Assembly (NCBI RefSeq): GCF_035084215.1
Contig: NC_090335.1
Coordinates: 68,820,001-68,884,000, forward strand
DNA length: 64,000 nucleotides
Direction: 5' to 3'
Source of the DNA: Heptranchias perlo
Taxonomy: Eukaryota
Below the pieces are notes generated by a model. It was not told where the DNA came from and did not search any database. It was given only the letters and a program-made list of their open reading frames with translations. A program made the translations under genes and the position numbers. Shown in pieces: positions 26,101 through 41,100 of this stretch (its first letter is position 1; the number at the start of each line of letters is the position of its first letter).

Positions 26101-29100
26101 GTCACACCAGAAACTACAACACCAACAATCACACCAGACACTACAACAACAATCACACAAGAAACGACACCAACAATCACACCAGAAACTACAACAATAA
26201 TCACACCAGAAACTACACCAACAATCACACCAGAAACTACTACACCAACAATCACACCAGAAACTACACCAACAATCACACCAGAAACTACACCAACAAT
26301 CACACCAGAAACTACACCAACAATCACACCAGAAACCAGAACACCAACAATCACAGCAGAATCTACAACAACAACTATCACACCAGAAACTATGACCCCA
26401 ACAAACACACCAGAAACGACAACACGAACAATCACAGCAGAAGCTACAACACCAACCATCATACCAGAAACTACAACACCCAATAACACACCAGAAACTA
26501 CAACCCCAACTATCGCACCAGAAACTACAACTCCAAATATCACACCTGCAACTACAATCACAACTATCACACCAGAAAATCCAACTATCACACCAGAAAC
26601 TACATCTGCAGCTATCACACCAGAAACTACAACACCAACAAGCACACCAGAAACTACAACCCCAGCTATCACACCAGAAACTACAATCCCAGCTATCACT
26701 CCAGACACTACACCAACAATCACACCAGAAACTACACCAACAATCACACCAGAAACTACACCAACAATCACACCAGAAACTACACCAACAATCACACCAG
26801 AAACTACAACACCAACAATGACATCAGAATCGACAACAACAACTAACACTCCAGAAACTATAACCCCAACAAACACACCAGAAACGACAACCCCAACTAT
26901 CACACCAAAAACTACAACCCCAATTACGACACTAGGAACTACAACCACAACTATCACGCCAGAAACTACAACCCAAACAAACACAATAGAAACTGCAGCA
27001 CCAACAATTGCATCAGAAACTACAACCCCAAATAACACACCAGAAACTACAACCGCAAATAACACACCAGAAACTACAACCCCAAATAACACACCAGAAA
27101 CTACGACCCCAACAAAAACACCAGAAACGACAACACCAACAATCACAGCAGAAGCTACAACACCAACCATCATACCAGAAACTACAACACCCAATAACAC
27201 ACCAGAAACTACAACCCCAACTATCACACCAGAAACTACAGCCCCAAATATCACACCTGCAACTACAATCACAACTATCACACCAGAAAATCCAACTATC
27301 ACACCAGAAACTACATCTGCAACTATCGCACCAGAAACTACAACACCAACAAGCACACCAGAAACTACAATCCCAGCTATCACACGAGAAACTACACCAA
27401 CAATCACACCAGAAACTACACCAACAATCACACCAGAAACTACAATCCCAGCTATCACACCAGAAACGACACCAACAGTCACACCAGAAACTACAATCCC
27501 AGCTATCACACCAGAAACTACACCAACAGTCACACCAGAAACTACAACACCAACAATCACACCAGAAACTACACCAACAATCACACCAGAAACTACAATC
27601 CCAGCTATCACACCAGAAACTACACCAACAATCACACCAGAAACTACACCAACAATCACATCAGAAACTACACCAACAATCACACCAGAAACTACACCAA
27701 CAATCATACCAGAAACTACACCAACAATCACACCAGAAACTACTACACCAACAATCACACCAGAAACTATAACCCCAACGACCACTCCAGAAACAGCAAC
27801 CCAAATTCTCACACCAGAAACGACAACCCCAACTATCACACCAAAAACTACAACCCCAATTACGACACTAGGAACTACAACCCCAAATATCACACCAGAA
27901 ACTACAACTCCAACTTCAACACCAGAAATTACAACCCCAAATACCATACCAGAAAGTACAACCCCAACTATCACACCAGAATCTAAAAATCCAAATATCA
28001 CAACAGACACTACAGCCCCAACTATGACACCAGAAACTGCAACATCAACTACCACACCAAAATCTACAACCCCAACTATCACACCAGAAACTACAACCCC
28101 AACTACCACACCAGAATCTACAACCCCAACTATCACACCAGAAACTACAACCCCAACTATCACACCAGAATCTACAACCCCAACCATCATACCAGAAACT
28201 ACAACCCCAACTATCGCTCCAGAAACTACAACCCCAAATATCACACCTGCAACGACAATCACAACTATCACACCAGAAAATCCAACCATCACACCAGAAA
28301 CTACATCTGCAACTATCACACCAGAAACTACAACACCAACAATCACACCGGAAACTACAACCCCAACTATCACACCAGAATCTACAACCCCAAATATCAC
28401 ACAAGAATCTACAACCCCAACTATCATACCAGAAGCTACAACCCCAACTACCATACCAGAAACTACAACCCCAACTACCACACCAGAAACTACAACCCCA
28501 ACTATCACAGCAGGAACTACAACCCCAACTACCATAACAGAAACTACAACCCCAACTACCACACCAGAATCTACAACCCCAAATATCACACAAGAATCTA
28601 CAACCCCAACTATCATACCAGAAGCTACAACCCCAACTACCATACCAGAAACTACAACCCCAACTATCATACCAGAAGCTACAACCCCAACTACCATACC
28701 AGAAACTACAACCCCAACTACCATACCAGAAACTACAACCCCAACTACCACACCAGAAACGACAACCCCAACTATCACACCAGGAGCTACAACCCCAACT
28801 ACCACACCAGAAACTACAACCCCAACTACCACACCAGAAACTACAACCTCAACCAACACACCAGAAACTAAAACCGCAACGACCACACCAGAAGCTACAA
28901 CCCCAACGACCACACCAGAAACTAGAAACCCAACTACCACACCAGAAACTACAACCCCAACTATCACACCAGAAACTACAACCTCAACCAACACACCAGA
29001 AACTACAACCGCAACTACCACACCAGAAACTACAACCTCAACCAACACACCAGAAACTACAACCGCAACTACCACACCAGAAACTACAACCCCAACTATC

Positions 29101-32100
29101 ACACCAGAAACTACAACCCCAACTACCACACCAGAAACTACAACCCCAACTACCACACCAGAAACTACAACCTCAACCAACACACCAGAAACTACAACCG
29201 CAACTACCACACCAGAAACTACAACGCCAACTACCACACCAGAAACTACAACCCCAACTACATCACCAGAAACTACAACCTCAACTACCACACCAGAAAC
29301 TACAACCCCAACTACCACACCAGAAACTACAACGCCAACTTCCACACCAGAAACTACAACCCCAACTATCACACCAGGAACTACAACCCCATCTACCACA
29401 CCAGTAACTACAACCCCATTTACCACACCAGAAACTACATCCGCAACTACCACACCAGAAACTACAACCGGAACTACCACACCAGAAACTACACCCTCAA
29501 CTACCATACCAGAAACTACAACCCCAACTACCATACCAGAAATTACAACCGCAACTACCACACCAGAAACTACAACCCCAACTAGCACACCAGAAACTAC
29601 AACCGCAACTACCACACCAGAAACTACAAACTCAACTACCACACCAGAAACTACGACCCCATCTACCACACCAGGAACTACAACCCCAACTACCACACCA
29701 GAAAATACAACCCCAACTACCACACCAGAAACTACAACCCAAACTACCACACCAGAAAATACAACCCCAACTATCACACCAGTAACTTCAACCCCAACAA
29801 TCACAGCAGAAACTACAACCCCAACTACCACACCAGAAACTACAACCCCAACTACCATACCAGAAACTACAACCCCAACTGCCACACCAGAAACAACAAC
29901 CTCAACTACCAAACCAGAAACTACAACCGCAAATACCACACCAGAAACTACAACCCCAACTACCATACTGGAAACTACAACCCCAACTACCATACCAGAA
30001 ACTACAACCCCAACTATCACACCAGAAACTACAACCCCAACTACCACACCAGAAACTACAACCTCAACTACGACACCACAAACTACAACCCCAACTACCA
30101 CACCAGAAACTACAACCCTAACTTCCACACCAGAAACTACAACCCCAACTACCACACCAGAAACTACAACCTCAACTACCACACCAGAAACTACAACCCC
30201 AACTACCACACCAGAAACTACAACCCCAACCAACTCACCAGAAACTACAATCCCAACTACCACACCAGAAATTACAACCGCAACTACCACACCAGAAACT
30301 ACAACCCCAACTACCACACCAGAAACTACAACCCCATCTACCACACCAGGAACTACAACCCCAACTACCACACCAGAAACTACAACCTCAACCAACACAC
30401 CAGAAACTAAAACCACAACGACCACACCAGAAACTAGAACCCCAACTACCACACCAGAAACTACAACCGCAACTACCACACCAGAAACCACAAACCCAAC
30501 TACCACACCAGAAACTACACCCCCGACTACCACACCAGAAACTACACCCTCAACTACCACACCAGAAATTACAACCCCAACTAGCACACCAGAAACTACA
30601 ACCCCAACTACCACACCAGAAAATACAACCCCAACTACCGCACCAGAAACTACGACCCCAACTAGCACACCAGAAACTACAACCCCAACTACCACACCAG
30701 AAAATACAACCCCAACTACCACACCAGAAAATACAACCCCAACTACCACACCAGAAAATACAACCCCAACTACCACACCAGAAACTACACCCTCAACTAC
30801 CAGACCAGAAACTACAACCCCAACTACCACATCAGGAACTACAACCCCAACTACCACACCAGGAACTCCAACCCCAACTACCACACCAGAAGCTACAACC
30901 CCAACTACCATACCAGAAACTACAACCACAACTGCCACACCAGAAACAACAACCTCAACTACCATACTGGAAACTACAACCCCAACTATCACACCAGAAA
31001 CTACAACCCCAACTATCACACCAGAAACTACAACCCCAACTACCACACCAGAAACTAGAACCGCAAATACCACACCAGAAACTACAACCCCAACTACCAT
31101 ACTGGAAACTACAACCCCAACTATCACACCAGAAACTACAACCCCAACTATCACACCAGAAACTACAACCCCAACTACCACACCAGAAACTAAAACCTCA
31201 ACTACCACACCACAAACTACAACCACAACTGCCACACCAGAAACAACAACCTCAACTACCACACCAGAAACTACAACCCCAACTATCACACCAGAAACTA
31301 CAACCCCAACTACCACACCAGAAACTAAAACCTCAACTACCACACCACAAACTACAACCCCAACTACCACACCAGAAACTACAACCCTAACTTCCACACC
31401 AGAAACTACAACCCCAACTACCACACCAGAAACTACAACCCCAACTACCACACCAGAAACTACAACCTCAACTACCACACCAGAAACTACAACCCCAAAT
31501 ACCACACCGGAAACTACAACCCCAACCAACTCACCAGAAACTACAACCGCAACTACCACACCAGAAACTACAACCCCATTTACCACACCAGAAACTACAT
31601 CCGCAACTACCACACCAGAAACTACAACCGGAACTACCACACCAGAAACTACAACCCCAACTACCACACCAGAAACTACATCCGCAACTACCACACCAGA
31701 AACTACAACCGGAACTACCACACCAGTAACTACAACCCCATTTACCACACCAGAAACTACATCCGCAACTACCACACCAGAAACTACAACCGGAACTACC
31801 ACACCAGAAACTACAACCCCAACTACCACACCAGAAACTACAACCCCAACTACCATACCAGAAATTACAACCGCAACTACCACACCAGAAACTACAACCC
31901 CAACTAGCACACCAGAAACTACAACCGCAACTACCACACAAGAAACTACAAACTCAACTACCACACCAGAAACTACGACCCCATCTACCACACCAGGAAC
32001 TACAACCCCAACTACCACACCAGAAAATACAACCCCAACTACCACACCAGAAACTACAACCCAAACTACCACACCAGAAAATACAACCCCAACTATCACA

Positions 32101-35100
32101 CCAGTAACTTCAACCCCAACAATCACAGCAGAAACTACAACCCCATCTACCACACCAGGAACTACAACCCCAACTACCACACCAGAAACTACAACCTCAA
32201 CCAACACACCAGAAACTAAAACCACAACGACCACACCAGAAACTAGAACCCCAACTACCACACCAGAAACTACAACCCCAACTATCACACCAGAAACTAC
32301 ATCCGCAACTTCCACACCAGAAACTACAACCCCAACGACCACACCAGAAACAGCAACCTCAACTACCACACCAGAAACTACAACCACAACTACCACACCA
32401 GAAACTACAACCCCAACTATCACACAAGAAACTACAACCCCAACTACCACACCAGAAACTACAACCTCAACCAACACACCAGAAACTGCAACCGCAACTA
32501 CCACACCAGAAACTACAACGCCAACTACCACACCAGAAACTACAACCCTAACTTCCACACCAGAAACTACAACCCCAACTATCACACCAGGAACTACAAC
32601 TCCATCGAACACACAAGGAACTACAACCCAAAATATCACACCAGGAACTACAACCCCAACTACCACACCAGAAACTACAACCCTAACATCCACACCAGAC
32701 ACTACAACCCCATCTACCACACCAGTAACTACAACCCCATTTACCACACCAGAAACTACATCCGCAACTACCACACCAGAAACTACAACCGGAACTACCA
32801 CACCAGAAACTACACCCCCAACTACCATACCAGAAACTACAACCCCAACTACCATACCAGAAACTACAACCACAACTACCACACCAGAAACTACAACCCC
32901 AACCACCACACCAGAAACTACAACCGCAACTACCACACCAGAAACCACAAACCCAACTACCACACCAGAAACTACACCCCCGACTACCACACCAGAAACT
33001 ACACCCTCAACTACCACACCAGAAACTACAACCCCAACTAGCACACCAGAAACTACAACCCCAACTACCACACCAGAAAATACAACCCCAACTACCGCAC
33101 CAGAAACTACGACCCCAACTAGCACACCAGAAACTACAACCCCAACTACCACACCAGAAAATACAACCCCAACTACTACACCAGAAAATACAACCCCAAC
33201 TACCACACCAGAAACTACACCCTCAACTACCAGACCAGAAAATACAACCCCAACTACCACACCAGAAACTACAACCCCAACTACCACACCACAAAATACA
33301 ACCCCAATTATCACACCAGTAACTACAACCCCAACTATCACAGCAGGAACTACAACCCCATCTACCACGCCAGGAACTACAACCCCAACTATCACACCAG
33401 GAACTCCAACCCCAACTACCACACCAGAAGCTACAACCCCAACTACCATACCAGAAACTACAACCACAACTGCCACACCAGAAACAACAACCTCAACTAC
33501 CACACCAGAAACTAGAACCGCAAATACCACACCAGAAACTACAACCCCAACTACCATACTGGAAACTACAACCCCAACTACCATACCAGAAACTACAACC
33601 CCAACTATCACACCAGAAACTACAACCCCAACTACCACACCAGAAACTAAAACCTCAACTACCACACCACAAACTACAACCCCAACTACCACACCAGAAA
33701 CTAGAACCCTAACTTCCACACCAGAAACTACAACCCCAACTACCACACCAGAAACTACAACCTCAACTACCACACCAGAAACTACAACCCCAAATACCAC
33801 ACCAGAAACTACAACCCCAACTACCACACCGGAAACTACAACCGCAACTACCACACCAGAAATTACAACCGCAACTACCACACCAGTAACTACAACCCCA
33901 TTTACCACACCAGAAACTACATCCGCAACTACCACACCAGAAACTACAACCGGAACTACCACACCAGAAATTACACCCTCAACTACCATACCAGAAACTA
34001 CAACCCCAACTACCATACCAGAAATTACAACCGCAACTACCACACCAGAAACTACAACCCCAACTAGCACACCAGAAACTACAACCGCAACTACCACACC
34101 AGAAACTACAAACTCAACTACCACACCAGAAACTACGACCCCATCTACCACACCAGGAACTACAACCCCAACTACCACACCAGAAAATACAACCCCAACT
34201 ACCACACCAGAAACTACAACCCAAACTACCACACCAGAAAATACAACCCCAACTATCACACCAGTAACTTCAACCCCAACAATCACAGCAGAAACTACAA
34301 CCCCATCTACCACACCAGGAACTACAACCCCAACTACCACACCAGAAACTACAACCTCAACCAACACACCAGAAACTAAAACCACAACGACCACACCAGA
34401 AACTACAACCCCAACTATCACACCAGAAACTACATCCGCAACTTCCACACCAGAAACTACAACCCCAACGACCACACCAGAAACAGCAACCTCAACTACC
34501 ACACCAGAAACTACAACCACAACTACCACACCAGAAACTACAACCCCAACTATCACACAAGAAACTACAACCCCAACTACCACACCAGAAACTACAACCT
34601 CAACCAACACACCAGAAACTGCAACCGCAACTACCACACCAGAAACTACAACGCCAACTACCACACCAGAAACTACAACCCCAACTACCTCACCAGAAAC
34701 TACAACCTCAACTACCACACCAGAAACTACAACCCCAACTACCACACCAGAAACTACAACCCTAACTTCCACACCAGATACTACAACCCCAACTATCACA
34801 CCAGGAACTACAACTCCATCGAACACACAAGGAACTACAACCCAAAATATCACACCAGGAACTACAACCCCAACTACCACACCAGAAACTACAACCCTAA
34901 CATCCACACCAGACACTACAACCCCATCTACCACACCAGTAACTACAACCCCATTTACCACACCAGAAACTACATCCGCAACTACCACACCAGAAACTAC
35001 AACCGGAACTACCACACCAGAAACTACACCCCCAACTACCATACCAGAAACTACAACCCCAACTACCATACCAGAAACTACAACCGCAACTACCACACCA

Positions 35101-38100
35101 GAAACTACAACCCCAACTACCACACCAGAAACTACAACCGCAACTACCACACCAGAAACCACAAACCCAACGACCACACCAGAAACTACAGCCCCGACTA
35201 CCACACCAGAAACTACACCCTCAACTACCACACCAGAAACTACAACCCCAACTAGCACACCAGAAACTACAACCCCAACTACCACACCAGAAAATACAAC
35301 CCCAACTACCGCACCAGAAACTACGACCCCAACTAGCACACCAGAAACTACAACCCCAACTACCACACCAGAAAATACAACCCCAACTACCACACCAGAA
35401 ACTACAACCCCAACTACCACACCAGAAAATACAACCCCAACTACCACACCAGAAACTACACCCTCAACTACCAGACCAGAAACTACAACCCCAACTACCA
35501 CATCAGGAACTACAACCCCAACTACCACACCAGAAAATACAACCCCAATTATCACACCAGTAACTACAACCCCAACTATCACAGCAGGAACTACAACCCC
35601 ATCTACCACGCCAGGAACTACAACCCCAACTATCACACCAGGAACTCCAACCCCAACTACCACACCAGAAGCTACAACCCCAACTACCATACCAGAAACT
35701 ACAACCACAACTGCCACACCAGAAACAACAACCTCAACTACCACACCAGAAACTAGAACCGCAAATACCACACCAGAAACTACAACCCCAACTACCATAC
35801 TGGAAACTACAACCCCAACTATCACACCAGAAACTACAACCCCAACTACCACACCAGAAACTAAAACCTCAACTACCACACCACAAACTACAACCCCAAC
35901 TACCACACCAGAAACTACAACCCTAACTTCCACACCAGAAACTACAACCCCAACTACCACACCAGAAACTACAACCCCAACTACCACACCAGAAACTACA
36001 ACCCCAACTACCACACCAGAAACTACAACCCCAACTACCACACCAGAAACTACAACCCCAAATACCACACCAGAAACTACAACCCCAACTACCACACCAG
36101 AAACTACAACCCCAACTACCACACCAGAAACTACAACCCCAACCAACTCACCAGAAACTACAATCCCAACTACCACACCAGAAATTACAACCCCAACTAC
36201 CACACCAGAAACTACAACCCCAACTACCACACCAGAAACTACAACCCCAACTACCACTCCTGAAACTACAACCCTAACTATCACACCAGGAACTACAACC
36301 CCAACTACCACACCAGAAACTACAAACCCAACTACCACACCAGAAACTACAACCCCAACTACCACACCAGAAACAACAACCTCAACTACCACACCAGAAA
36401 CCACAACCTCAACTACCACACCAGAAACTACGACCCCAAATACCACACCAGAAACTACGACCCCAACGACCACACCAGAAACTACAAACCCAACTACCAC
36501 ACCAGAAAATACGACCCCAACTACCACACCAGAAACTACAACCGCAACTACCACACCAGAAACTACAACCCCAACTAGCACACCAGAAACTAAAACCGCA
36601 ACTACCACACCAGAAACCACAAACCCAACTACCACACCAGAAACTACGACCCCAACTACCACACCAGAAACTACAACCCCAACTACCACTCCTGAAACGA
36701 CAACCCTAACTACCACACCAGAAAATACAACCCCAACTATCACAAAAGAAACTACAACCCCATCTACCACACCAGGAACTACAACCCCATCTACCACACC
36801 AGGAACTACAACCCCAACTACCACACCAGAAACTACAACCGCAACTACCACACCAGAAAATACAACCCCAGCTATCACACCAGTAACTACAACCCCAACT
36901 ATCACACCAGGAACTACAACCCCAACTATCACACCAGGAACTACAACCCCAACGACCACTCCTGAAACTACAACCCTAACTTCCACACCAGAAAATACAA
37001 CCCCAACTATCACACCAGGAACTACAACCCCATCTACCACACCAGGAACTACAACCCCAACTACCACACCAGAAACAACAACCTCAACTACCACACCAGA
37101 AACTACAACCCCAACTATCACACCAGGAACTACAACCCCAACTACCACACCAGAAACTACAACCCCAACTACCATACCAGAAACTACAAACCCAACTACC
37201 ACACCAGAAACAACAACCTCAACTACCACACCAGAAACTACAACCGCAAATACCACAACAGAAACTACAACCCCAACTACCATACTGGAAACTACAACCA
37301 CAACTACCATACCAGAAACTACAACCCCAACTATCACACCAGAAACTACAACCCTAACTACCACACCAGAAACTTCAACCCCAACTACCACACCACAAAC
37401 TACAACCCCAACTACCACACCAGAAACTACAACCCTAACTTCCACACCAGAAACTACAACCCCAACTACCACACCAGAAACTACAACCTCAACTACCACA
37501 CCAGAAACTACAACCCCAACTACCACACCAGAAACTACAACCCCAACTACCACACCAGAAACTACAACCCCAACTACCACACCACAAACTACAACCCCAA
37601 CTACCACACCAGAAACTACAACCCTAACTTCCACACCAGAAACTACAACCTCAACTACCACACCAGAAACTACAACCCCAACTACCACACCAGAAACTAC
37701 AACCCCCACTACCACACCAGAAACTACAACCCCAACTACCACACCACAAACTACAACCCCAACTACCACACCAGAAACTACAACCCTAACTTCCACACCA
37801 GAAACTACAACCCCAACTACCACACCAGAAACTACAACCTCAATTACCACACCAGAAACTACAACCCCAACTACCACACCAGAAACTACAACCCCAACTA
37901 CCACACCAGAAACTACAACCCTAACTTCCACACCGGAAACTACAACCCCAACTACCACACCAGAAACTACAACCTCAACTACCACACCAGAAACTACAAC
38001 CCCAACTACCACACCAGAAACTACAACCCCAACTACCACACCAGAAACTACAACCCCAACTACCACACCAGAAACTACAACCCCAACCAACTCACCAGAA

Positions 38101-41100
38101 ACTACAATCCCAACTACCACACCAGAAATTACAACCGCAACTACCACACCAGAAACTACAACCCCAACTATCACACCAGAAACTACAACCCCAACTACCA
38201 CACCAGAAACTACAACCCCAACTACCACACCAGAAACTACAACCCCAACTACCACACCAGAAACTACAACCCCAACCAACTCACCAGAAACTACAACCCC
38301 AACTACCACACCAGAAACTACAACCCCAACTACCACACCAGAAACTACAACCCCAACTACCACACCAGAAACTAGAACCCCAACTACCACACCAGGAACT
38401 ACAACCCCAACTACCACACCAGAAACTAGAACCCTAACTTCCACACCAGAAACTACAACCCCAACTACCACACCAGGAACTACAACCCCAACTACCACAC
38501 CAGAAACTACAACCCCAACTACCACACCAGGAACTACAACCACAACTACCATACCAGAAACTACAACCCCAACTACCACACCAGGAACTACAACCCCAAC
38601 TACCACACCAGAAACTACAACCCCAACTACCACACCAGGAACTACAACCACAACTACCATACCAGAAACTACAACCCCAACTACCACACCAGGAACTACA
38701 ACCCCAACTACCACACCAGAAACTACAACCCCAACTACCATACCAGAAACTACAACCCCAACTACCACACCAGAAACTACAACCCCAACTACCACACCAG
38801 GAACTACAACCCCAACTACCTCACCAGAAACTAGAACCCTAACTTCCACACCAGAAACTCGAACCCCAACTACCACACCAGGAACTACAACCCCAACTAC
38901 CACACCAGAAACTACAACCCCAACTACCACACCAGGAACTACAACCACAACTACCATACCAGAAACTACAACCCCAACTACCACACCAGAAACGACTACA
39001 CCATCTCCCACACGAGAAGTGACTAAACCATCTACCACACTGGAAACTAGAACCCCAACTACCACTCCACAAACTACAACCCCAACTACCACACCAGGAA
39101 CTACAATCCCAACCAGCACGCCAATCACCACAGCCCCATTTTCTGCACCAATCGCAACCCTAAATACCACACTCACTACAATTATCCCATCTACCACACG
39201 AGAAACTACAACAGCGTCTACCACACGAGAAATGACTGTACCATCTCCCACACCAGGAACGACTACACCATCTACCACACGAGAAGTGACAACACCATCT
39301 ACCACATGGGAAGTGACTACACCATCTACCACACTGGTAACTAGAACCCCATCTACCACTCCACAAACTACATCCCCAACTACCACACCAGAAATGACTA
39401 CAACATCTACCACACCAGAAACTACAACCCCAACTATCACACCAGGAACTACAACCCCAACTACCACACCAGGAACTACAACCCCAACTACCACACCAGG
39501 AACTACAACCCCAACTACCACACCAGGAACTACAACCCCAACTATCACACCAGAATCTACAACCCCAACTACCACACCAGAAACAACAACCCTAACTACC
39601 ACACCAGGAACTATAACCACAACTACCACACCAGGAACTACAACCCCAACAACCACACCAGAAACTACAACCACAACTACCATACCAGAAACTACAACCC
39701 CAATTACCACACCAGGAACGACAACCCCATCTACCACACCAGAAACTACAACCCCAACTACCACACCACAAACTACAACCCCAACTACCACACCAGAAAC
39801 TACAACCCCAACTACCACACCAGGAACTACAACCCCATCTACCACACCAGAAACTACAACCCCATCTACCACACCAGAAACTACAACCCCAACTACCACA
39901 CCAGAAACTACAACCCCAACTACCACACCAGAAACTACAACCCCAACTACCACACCAGGAACTACAACACCATCTACCACACCAGAAACAACAACCCCAA
40001 CTACCACGCCAGAAACTACAACCCCAACTACCACACCAGAAACTACAACCCCATCGACCACACCAGAAACTACAACCCCAACTACCACACCAGAAACTAC
40101 AACCCCAACTACCACACCAGAAACTACAACCCCAACTACCACACCAGAAACTACAACCCTAACTACCACACCAGAAACTACAACCCCAACTACCACACCA
40201 GAAACTACAACCCCAACGACCACACCAGAAACTAGAACCCCAACTACCACACCAGAAACTACAACCGCAACTACCACACCAGAAACTACAACCCCAACTA
40301 CCACACCAGAACCTACAATCCCAACTACCACACCAGAAACTACAATCCCAACTACCACACCAGGAACTACAACCCCAACTACCACACCAGGAACTACAAC
40401 CCCAACTATCACACCAGAAACTACAACCCCAACTACCACACCAGGAACTACAACCCCAACTACCACACCAGGAACTACAACCCCAACTACCACACCAGGA
40501 ACTACAACCCCAACTATCACACCAGAAACTACAACCCCAACTACCACACCAGAAACTACAACCCTAACTACCACACCAGGAACTACAATCACAACTACCA
40601 CACCAGGAACTACAACCCCAACTACCACACCAGAAACTACAACCACAACTACCATACCAGAAACTACAACCCCAATTACCACACCAGGAACTACAACCCC
40701 ATCTACCACACCAGAAACTACAACCCCAACTACCACACCAGAAACTACAACCCCAACTACCACACCAGAAACTACAACCCCAACTACCACACCAGGAACT
40801 ACAACCCCATCTACCACACCAGAAACTACAACCCCATCTACCACACCAGAAACTACAACCCCAACTACCACACCAGAAACTACAACCCCAACTACCACAC
40901 CAGAAACTACAACCCCAACTACCACACCAGGAACTACAACCCCATCTACCACACCAGAAACTACAACCCCAACTACCACACCAGAAACTACAACCCCAAC
41001 TACCACACCAGAAACTACAACCCCAACTACCACACCAGAAACTACAACCCCAACTACCACACCAGAAACTACAACCCTAACTACCACACCAGAAACTACA

